Source: Faecousia sp.
GTDB lineage: Bacteria; Bacillota; Clostridia; Oscillospirales; Oscillospiraceae
Assembly (NCBI GenBank): GCA_045594185.1
Contig: JAZNYB010000273.1
Span: 1-33,807, forward strand
Direction of reading: 5' to 3'
Length of the DNA: 33,807 nucleotides
The stretch's first letter is position 1; the number at the start of each line of letters is the position of its first letter. Of the stretch, positions 26,840 to 33,807 are shown in pieces. Below the pieces are notes generated by a model. It made no database searches. It saw only the letters and a program-made list of their open reading frames with translations, and had not been told where the DNA came from. The translations under genes were made by a program, and so were the position numbers.

Positions 26840-27262
26840 ATGTATACAGCCAAGCAAATGATCGTCATGCGCCGGGATCTGAAAATGCGCAAGGGTAAAA
26901 TCGCCGCTCAAGCGGGACACGCCTGTATTACCGCCGCTTTAATGGCTCTGGAAAAAGAGGGGCGGCTGGAGGACATTATGACCTGCGGAGACTGGATTAC
27001 CCTGCGCCCCACAGACAAGCCCGCCACCCCTTTAAGCGACTGGTTCTTAAACGGCACAGCCAAGATCTGTGTTTATGTGGATTCCGAGGAAGCCCTTTTG
27101 GAGCTTGACCGCAAAGCCAAGGAGATGGGCTTTATTTCCGCCATCATTCAGGACGCGGGGCATACGGAGTTTCACGGTGTGCCCACCTATACCTGTCTTG
27201 CTCTGGAGCCCCTGCCCCCGGAAGCGGTGGAGCCCCTCACCGGAGAGCTGCCCCTGTACTGA
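26840..27262 (+). CDS. pth2: Peptidyl-tRNA hydrolase, Pth2 type
   Basis: Start refined to ATG 26840. KQMIVMRRDLKMRKGKIAAQAGHA, DAGHTEF and TGELPLY motifs. Confidence 0.92.
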   Translation: MYTAKQMIVMRRDLKMRKGKIAAQAGHACITAALMALEKEGRLEDIMTCGDWITLRPTDKPATPLSDWFLNGTAKICVYVDSEEALLELDRKAKEMGFISAIIQDAGHTEFHGVPTYTCLALEPLPPEAVEPLTGELPLY

Positions 27263-27369
27263 TATCAGAAAAGCTCTTGACCATTGGGAACGAACCACTG
27301 ATATTTCCGCAAAAACAGAGCGAAAGGCATTTCTGCCCGATTTAGGTCAAGGATAATTATGCGGATTTC

Positions 27370-28869
27370 TTAAACCGCATCCGGGTTGCCGCAGGTAGAG
27401 CCGTCTGCCGTTAACCCGTCGATATAGACCTCCAGACAGACACCCATGGCATAGATCTCCGCCGCCATCTCCCTGCCCACATAGCGGTAGTGCCAGGGCT
27501 CATATATGATGCCGGTAATGTGGGTGGCATCCTTGGGATAGCGCAGGATGAAGCCATACTTCCAGCTATTGGCCATAAGCCATTTCTGGGCAGGCATGTA
27601 TTGTTGGTTCTGATGCAGGGTGGGATCGTTTGCATCCACAATATCAAAAGCCAGACCCAGATGGTGTTCACTGGTGCCGGGTTCTGCAACGATCCGTTTG
27701 GCGGCTGCCCGGTTGCCCCCCACAGATCGCAGCATTCGGTTGAAATTTCTCTGCTGTGTCTCAATGCTGCGGTATCCGGACATGATCCGGGGACGATAGC
27801 CTGCGGCACGGCAGTCCCGCAGCATATGCTCCAGATCCTCCAGACAGGCAGGATCCAGCATGGTATAGGAATACTCCACCAATTCTACCTCAAAATCCTC
27901 AGGCAGGTAATTCCACGCGTTGACCAGAATGAAATTCACGCCGGTGGAGGAGAAGAAATAATTTTGTCCGTCGATCTCCAGTCTGCCCACCGCCGGCGTT
28001 CCATCGGGCTTCAAATAATAGCTGTTTCCGTCCACTTCCAGCCAGCCGGTCGCCATGATGCCGAGGCTGCCGGTATAGTACCGCTTTCCGTCCAGCTCCA
28101 ACCATCCACGGTGAGGCAGACCGGTTTCATCGAAATAGTGTTTCTTGCCACAGATCTCCGTCCAACCGGTTGTCATTGCGCCATCTCTGCCCATATAATA
28201 GGTGTTACCGTTTAGATTCAGCCAGCCGGTTGCCATGATGCCATCATCGCCCATGTAATAGGTTTTTCCATTTATGTCCAGCCAGCCGGTTGCCACGGTG
28301 TATTCCTCCGTGAAATAGTAACGCCCCTTGTTGTCATCCAGCCAGCCTGTATGGCAGAAGCCCCTTTCATTCAGATAGTATTTCTTCCCGTCCACTTCCA
28401 GCCAGCCGGCGCGGATATCGCCCTCCAGGCTCACATAGCAGATTTTATCCTCCACCTGCTGCCAGCCGGAAACAGGAGTGCCGTTTTCATCCAGCCAGAA
28501 CCGCTTGTCCCCCAGCTCCAGCAGCCCGGAAACCAGCAGACCGTCCTCATTGAAGTAATGGCGAACGCCCGCTTCTTCCAGCCAACCGGTATGGAGCTTG
28601 CCATCATCGCCAAAATAGTACCTGCCCTGATCGTCTTCCAGCCAGCCGATGCGCATAACACCGTCTTTCCCGAAATAATAGCGGTCTTCGGCATCGCTGT
28701 ACCAGCCGGTTCGGAGGTCACCGTTTTCGTCCAGCAGGTAACGCTTTCCCTCCCGCTCCACCCAGCGGCTTTGATCGACAGGCAGAAAATCCATGATGGG
28801 ATCCCGGAAAATATAACCGGTCAGGGCAAGCACTGCAGCTATAAATAAAATGATCCATGTTTTCTTCAC
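27370..28869 (-). CDS. M15B (VanY/LdcB-like) carboxypeptidase with many N-terminal cell-wall-binding repeats
   Basis: Start refined to GTG 28869. N-terminal anchor, about 14 TGWxxxxGxxYY repeats, then SGYRS, PGTSEHHLGLAFD and YEPWHYRYVG motifs. Confidence 0.9.
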   Translation of the reverse strand: MKKTWIILFIAAVLALTGYIFRDPIMDFLPVDQSRWVEREGKRYLLDENGDLRTGWYSDAEDRYYFGKDGVMRIGWLEDDQGRYYFGDDGKLHTGWLEEAGVRHYFNEDGLLVSGLLELGDKRFWLDENGTPVSGWQQVEDKICYVSLEGDIRAGWLEVDGKKYYLNERGFCHTGWLDDNKGRYYFTEEYTVATGWLDINGKTYYMGDDGIMATGWLNLNGNTYYMGRDGAMTTGWTEICGKKHYFDETGLPHRGWLELDGKRYYTGSLGIMATGWLEVDGNSYYLKPDGTPAVGRLEIDGQNYFFSSTGVNFILVNAWNYLPEDFEVELVEYSYTMLDPACLEDLEHMLRDCRAAGYRPRIMSGYRSIETQQRNFNRMLRSVGGNRAAAKRIVAEPGTSEHHLGLAFDIVDANDPTLHQNQQYMPAQKWLMANSWKYGFILRYPKDATHITGIIYEPWHYRYVGREMAAEIYAMGVCLEVYIDGLTADGSTCGNPDAV

Positions 28870-28990
28870 AGGAACACCCTCCCAGCGCGCTATATGCAGC
28901 ACCAAGTATAACACAAAAGAAGAAAAATGGCAAGTTTTGGACAGGCTTTACGCAGGGCAAAAGGAAATCCAAAAATCCATGATAAAACCG

Positions 28991-29019
28991 TTGCAATATG
29001 GGAATATTTGTGCTATATT
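28991..29019 (+). promoter_or_regulatory. sigmaA promoter of typA
   Basis: TTGCAA-N17-TATATT with extended TG. Confidence 0.6.
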
Positions 29020-29070
29020 TTACTGTTGGAATGATTTGTATATACGAGAACAAGGAAGGAGCGACCATTT

Positions 29071-30900
29071 ATGGCGCAGCAGCAGGACATTCGCAACATT
29101 GCCATCATCGCCCATGTTGACCACGGCAAAACCACCATGGTTGACCAGATGTTAAAGCAGGGTGGTATTTATCGGGAAAATCAGGCAACGGTGGATCGGG
29201 TCATGGACTCCGGTGATCTGGAGCGGGAGCGTGGCATTACCATTCTCGCCAAAAACACCGCTGTTGAATATAAAGGCACAAAGATCAACATTGTAGACAC
29301 CCCGGGTCACGCGGACTTCGGCGGCGAGGTAGAGCGCATTTTGAAGATGGTCAACGGTGTCCTCCTGCTGGTGGATGCCGCGGAAGGCCCTATGCCTCAG
29401 ACCCGCTTCGTTTTGCAAAAGGCTCTGGAGCTGGGTCACAAGGTCATCGTCGTGGTCAACAAGATCGACCGCCCCGATGCCCGGATCCATGAGGTCATGG
29501 ACGAGGTTCTGGAGCTTCTGCTGGATCTGGATGCCACGGACGAGCAGTTCGACTCCCCTACCATTTTCTGCTCCGCCCGGCAGGGTATCGCCTCCTACGG
29601 TCCTGACCAGCAGGGCACTGACCTTGCCCCCCTGTTTGAAACCATCGTCAACTATATCCCCGCTCCCGAGGGTGATCGGGAAGGCCCTGCTCAGGTGCTG
29701 GTGTCCTCCATTGATTATAATGAATATGTGGGTCGTATCGGCATCGGGCGCATTGAAAGAGGCACACTAAAGGTCAATCAGGAAGTGGTTATTTGCGACT
29801 ACCACAACGCCGATATGAAGCAGAAGGGCAAGATCGTGGCTCTTTATGAGTTTGACGGCTTGGGCAAAGTCCCTGTGCAGGAGGCGGGAGCAGGCGAGAT
29901 CGTTGCCTTCTCCGGCATTGCGGATATCACCATCGGGCATACCATCTGCGCCCCGCTGAACCCTGAGCCTCTGCCCTTTGTAAAAATTTCCGATCCCACC
30001 ATCGAAATGACCTTCCGGGTCAACGACTCTCCCTTCGCCGGCAGAGAGGGCAAGTTTGTCACCTCCCGCAATCTTCGGGACAGGCTGTTCCGGGAGCTTC
30101 TCAAGGATGTTTCTCTCCGGGTCACAGAGGATGGTACGGATGCTTTCAATGTTGCCGGTCGTGGCGAGATGCACATTTCCATTTTGATGGAAACCATGCG
30201 CCGGGAGGGCTATGAGTTCGCCGTATCCACCCCCAGAGTCCTCACCAAGGTCATCGACGGTGTGGTATGCGAGCCCATCGAAAGAATGGTTGCCGATGTT
30301 CCCGACGGGACAATGGGCGCGGTCATTGACAAGATCGGTCAGCGAAAGGGCGACCTGATTTCCATGACTCCCGTGGGCAGCCGCTACCGTCTGGAATTTT
30401 TGGTTCCTGCCCGGGGTCTGTTTGGCTACCGCAACGAATTTTTGACCGACACCCGGGGCGAGGGCATTATGTCCAGCGTTCTGGACAGCTATGCTCCCAT
30501 GAAGGGTGAGATCAGCCGCCGAGCCACCGGGTCTTTGGTGTCCTTTGAGTCCGGGGAGGCTTGCTCCTATGGTCTGTTCAACGCCCAGGAGCGGGGGCAG
30601 CTCTTTATCGGCCCCGGCACTCCGGTTTATGCCGGCATGGTGGTTGGCATTTGCAGCCGGAACGAGGATATGACCGTCAATGTGTGCAAGAAAAAGCAGC
30701 TTACCAATATGCGTGCCGCCGGTTCTGACGAGGCTCTGCGCCTGACTACCCCCAGAGTATTCTCTTTGGAGCAGTGTTTGGAATTTTTGGCGGATGATGA
30801 ACTGCTGGAATGTACCCCCAAGACCCTGCGTATCCGGAAAAGAGAGCTGGATCACGCCACCCGTATGCGTGAGCTGATGAAAAAGAGAAACCAGCAGTAA
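29071..30900 (+). CDS. typA: Translational GTPase TypA/BipA
   Basis: [43 protein letters not shown] and KQLTNMRA motifs. Confidence 0.99.
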   Translation: MAQQQDIRNIAIIAHVDHGKTTMVDQMLKQGGIYRENQATVDRVMDSGDLERERGITILAKNTAVEYKGTKINIVDTPGHADFGGEVERILKMVNGVLLLVDAAEGPMPQTRFVLQKALELGHKVIVVVNKIDRPDARIHEVMDEVLELLLDLDATDEQFDSPTIFCSARQGIASYGPDQQGTDLAPLFETIVNYIPAPEGDREGPAQVLVSSIDYNEYVGRIGIGRIERGTLKVNQEVVICDYHNADMKQKGKIVALYEFDGLGKVPVQEAGAGEIVAFSGIADITIGHTICAPLNPEPLPFVKISDPTIEMTFRVNDSPFAGREGKFVTSRNLRDRLFRELLKDVSLRVTEDGTDAFNVAGRGEMHISILMETMRREGYEFAVSTPRVLTKVIDGVVCEPIERMVADVPDGTMGAVIDKIGQRKGDLISMTPVGSRYRLEFLVPARGLFGYRNEFLTDTRGEGIMSSVLDSYAPMKGEISRRATGSLVSFESGEACSYGLFNAQERGQLFIGPGTPVYAGMVVGICSRNEDMTVNVCKKKQLTNMRAAGSDEALRLTTPRVFSLEQCLEFLADDELLECTPKTLRIRKRELDHATRMRELMKKRNQQ

Positions 30901-30956
30901 ATATTTACGATACCGCTCCTGCCTTTCGGGTGGGAGCGGAAATAACAGGTGAGTGT

Positions 30957-31568
30957 ATGAAGATTTTAGAGCTACTTATTCTGGCAGTGGGATTGAGCAT
31001 GGATGCCTTTGCCGTGGCTTTGTGCAAGGGGCTGTCCATTGGCAAAGTGCGGTGGAAGCAGGCGGGTTGGGTCGGTCTGTGGTTCGGCGGTTTTCAGGCA
31101 CTGATGCCCCTGATCGGCTTTCTCCTTGCCAACACCTTCGCGGATGCCATTAAAAACTACGATCACTGGATCGCCTTTGTGCTTTTGGGGCTCATCGGCG
31201 GCAATATGATCAAAGAAGCCCTCTCCAAAGAAAAAGAGGAGGAAGAATGTGGCTGTGATTTAGGCATAAAAGCCATGCTCCTTCTGGCTTTGGCTACCAG
31301 CATCGACGCGCTGGCGGCAGGTATCTCTCTGGTTGCCGTGGTGCAGCTCCCCCTGTTTGCGGCGGGCAGCTTCAATTGGAGCAGCATTTGGGTGGCAGTA
31401 GCATTTATTGGCATCGTCACCTTCACCCTGTCCGCTCTGGGTGTTAAGCTGGGCGGCAAGGTGGGAGACAAGCTGGGCAAAAAGGCGGAGCTGCTGGGCG
31501 GCTGCGTGCTGGTGCTTCTGGGGGTCAAGATCCTTCTGGAGCATTTGGGCATCATCACCCTGTTTTGA
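30957..31568 (+). CDS. mntP: Manganese efflux pump MntP
   Basis: Start refined to ATG 30957. GLSMDAFAV, FQALMP, DHWIAF and ATSIDALA motifs. Confidence 0.93.
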   Translation: MKILELLILAVGLSMDAFAVALCKGLSIGKVRWKQAGWVGLWFGGFQALMPLIGFLLANTFADAIKNYDHWIAFVLLGLIGGNMIKEALSKEKEEEECGCDLGIKAMLLLALATSIDALAAGISLVAVVQLPLFAAGSFNWSSIWVAVAFIGIVTFTLSALGVKLGGKVGDKLGKKAELLGGCVLVLLGVKILLEHLGIITLF

Positions 31569-31576
31569 AACACGCG

Positions 31577-31608
31577 GACACAAGGCTTTGTGCTTTGTGT
31601 CCTTTTTT
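31577..31608 (+). terminator. Intrinsic terminator after mntP
   Basis: GACACAAGGC...GCTTTGTGTC stem followed by CTTTTTT. Confidence 0.65.
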
Positions 31609-31683
31609 CAGGAAAAACCGAGATTTCTTTCGTTTGTTGCTCTTTTTTTACAAAAAACCCGCAAAAAGCCCATCACCCAATTG

Positions 31684-31712
31684 TTGACAATCGCCTACGG
31701 TTACTGTATTAT
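31684..31712 (+). promoter_or_regulatory. sigmaA promoter
   Basis: TTGACA-N17-TATTAT. Confidence 0.7.
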
Positions 31713-31757
31713 GGTAGTGCGCTTTTACGCAAATTATTATGAAAGAGGTATGGGAAA

Positions 31758-33775
31758 ATGACAAAGAAAATTTTATCTCTCATCCTGGCGTTCTGCATGA
31801 TCCTGGGCTGTCTGTCCACGATGGCATTTGCAGCGGAACCCGCAAGCTACACCCAAATCACCACTCTTGAGGAGCTGGTTTCCGGTCAGTATGTGCTGAT
31901 GCTGGATAACGGCTACGCCCCCGATGCTTATGGCGACTCCTGGATCTCCTGCCAGCAGCCCGCCATTGCCGAGGGTACAGTCACCGCCAATGCCTGGACC
32001 CTCACCGTTACGGAAACCGGTGTTAAGCTGGCTGACAGCAACGGTGTGTATGTAGCTCCCAAGGGCGGCAACAACAACGGCATCACCGAAGGTGAATATG
32101 AGTGGGCAGCTTCCTGCGCTGACGGCAAGTTCCGTTTCGCAGGCACCGGCTCCGATACCGTGATTCTGGCCAGCAACGCCAGCAGCTCCGGTGCCAACCG
32201 CTTCCGTGCCTACAAGTCCACCACCGTTACCGGCACGCCCGCTACATATCCCTGCGATTTCGCTCTGTACCGGATCGGGGAAGCTTCCTCTGAGCCCGAT
32301 CCCACTGAGACTCCCACTGAAACTCCCACTGAGCCTGAAGTAACCGAAACCCCCACCGAAACTCCCTCTGAGCCTGAGGTCACCGAGCCCGAAGTCACCG
32401 AAGAACCCACCGAAGCTCCCTCTGAGCCTGAGGTCACCGAGCCCGAAGTCACCGAAGAACCCACCGAAGCTCCCTCTGAGCCGGAAAGTGGCGCGGAAGC
32501 TACTTTGACCTTTGACGATACCGCAAAGCGGACAGAATTTTCCACCGAGCAGCAGACCTGGGAAGAGAACGGCATCAAGGCTGTGAACGCAAAGGCTTCT
32601 TCTACCACCAGCATTGCTGACTACGCCAATCCTGTTCGTTTCTATAAGAATTCTACTCTTACTGTTTCCGGCACAGGCGGAAATATCACCAAGATCGTTT
32701 TTGTCTGCAGCTCCGCATCTTATGCAAACACTCTGGCAACCTCCATCGGCAGTGATGCCGTTGCGGACGGTACTTCTGTTACCTACACTCTGGCTGAGGC
32801 TGCCGGGGAAGTAACCATCACCCTGAGCGGTGGTCAGGTTCGCATGAACAGCCTGACGGTAACCTATGCCGCCGAAACCGAGCCCGAGGAACCCGCTGCT
32901 CCCGAAATCACCGGCATCGAGATCGCAAATACTGATTCCGAACAGTACAATGCCGAAACCAAGACCTTTACCATTAAGCATGACGGCACCGGCGATCTGC
33001 CCATCCTGACCATCTCCGGCAACAATTTGGATGTGCCTATCAATGGTGTAAACCTTGTCCATATCGCGTCTTCACTTAGCATCGATCTGGATGAATTCGG
33101 TACATATAACAACGGTATTGTCACCTATGCATATGATAGCTTTGATATTGGTTTCCTCTCTACAGAGCCTTTCCAAATCCAGTACTCCAACGACGGCGGC
33201 CAGACTTGGATCGATTCCGGCTATTATGTGGTTCTGGAAGGTGTTGTTCCTGAAATCACCGGCATCGAGATCGCAAATACTGATTCCGAACAGTACAATG
33301 CCGAAACCAAAACCTTCATCATTAAGCATGATAACAGCGGCGACATGCCTGTACTGACCATCTCCGGCAACAATCTGGATGCGCTTACGCAAGGCGTAAA
33401 CTATGTCCAGCTCGTGGCCGCAGCCAGAATCGACCTTTTCAATTTTGGCACATATGATAATGGTGTTATCACCTATGAGCTCGACAGCCGTCTAATTGAC
33501 GATGTCACCACAGAGGCTTACCAGATCCGGTACTCCAACGACGGCGGTCTGACATGGAGCTACACCGACTACTATGTGGTTCGAGAAACCGTTGAGGACC
33601 CCCTTGCACCCGTGATCACCGGCGTTGAGATCACAAACACCGATTCTGCCCAGTACAATGCCGAAACCAAGACCTTCACCATCAAGGCTGACGACACCGG
33701 CGATATGCCTGTACTGACCATCTCCGGCAACAATCTGGATGCGCTTACGCAAGGCGTAAACTATGTCCAGCTCGT
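31758..33775 (+). CDS. Large secreted/surface protein, 3' truncated; Pro/Thr/Glu linker and 116-120 aa tandem domains
   Basis: Not in the ORF track because it has no stop. ATG 31758, signal peptide MTKKILSLILAFCMILGCLSTMAFA; in-frame sense reading wherever checked, and open to the contig end. Confidence 0.85.
32364..32482 (+). repeat. 54-bp coding tandem repeat (PSEPEVTEPEVTEEPTEA x2 plus a partial copy)
   Basis: Identical units start at 32364 and 32418; a partial unit starts at 32472. Confidence 0.9.
32901..33775 (+). repeat. Three 348-360 bp coding repeats (third truncated)
   Basis: Units start at 32901, 33249 and 33609: PxITGxEIxNTDSxQYNAETKTFxIK...PxLTISGNNLD...YSNDGGxTW. Confidence 0.9.
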
Positions 33776-33807
33776 AAGTCGGATCGTAGCCATGTCGTTC
33801 TGTGAGC
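33776..33807. other. MGI/DNBSEQ sequencing adapter remnant (artefact)
   Basis: AAGTCGGATCGTAGCCATGTCGTTCTGTGAGC matches the start of the MGI read adapter, and it begins exactly where repeat 3 stops matching repeat 2. Confidence 0.93.

Noticed and set aside
27370-28869. Vancomycin resistance gene vanY
   Set aside because: No van ligase or regulators nearby; M15B peptidases are common housekeeping enzymes.
30901-30956. yybP-ykoY manganese riboswitch before mntP
   Set aside because: The intergenic region is only 56 bp with one simple hairpin, too short for the aptamer.
31773-33752. Minus-strand ORFs (31773-33062, 33072-33392, 33492-33752) as genes
   Set aside because: They are antisense to the plus-strand surface protein, which has a promoter, a signal peptide and an open frame.

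Overview
Chromosomal segment of a GC-moderate Clostridia-type bacterium (gene content and style suggest Oscillospiraceae; this is inference). It carries the rimP-nusA-ylxR-L7Ae-infB-rbfA-nrnA-truB-ribF translation operon, interrupted by an AT-rich CPBP protease gene, plus several SLH or cell-wall-anchored enzymes, typA, mntP and a repeat-rich surface protein cut off at a contig end that still carries an MGI sequencing adapter. The most striking feature is two separate, intact-looking phage-derived mini-operons about 12 kb apart, embedded among host genes with no integrase, replication or capsid gene in the window. One is terS-terL-portal-Prp-like protease (13045-17081). The other is a tail/baseplate-like gene plus a lysis-module-type membrane protein (1-658). 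Both are preceded by a nearly identical unusual leader, GGTTAG-N20/21-TATGCT-NN-AGGGGAAGGAGGYGA-N4/5-ATG. This suggests a dispersed, co-regulated domesticated phage (gene transfer agent-like) regulon, though a decayed prophage cannot be excluded. A family of short elements with conserved inverted ends and a deleted AAA-ATPase operon scar are also present. All family assignments come from motif recognition, not database searches.
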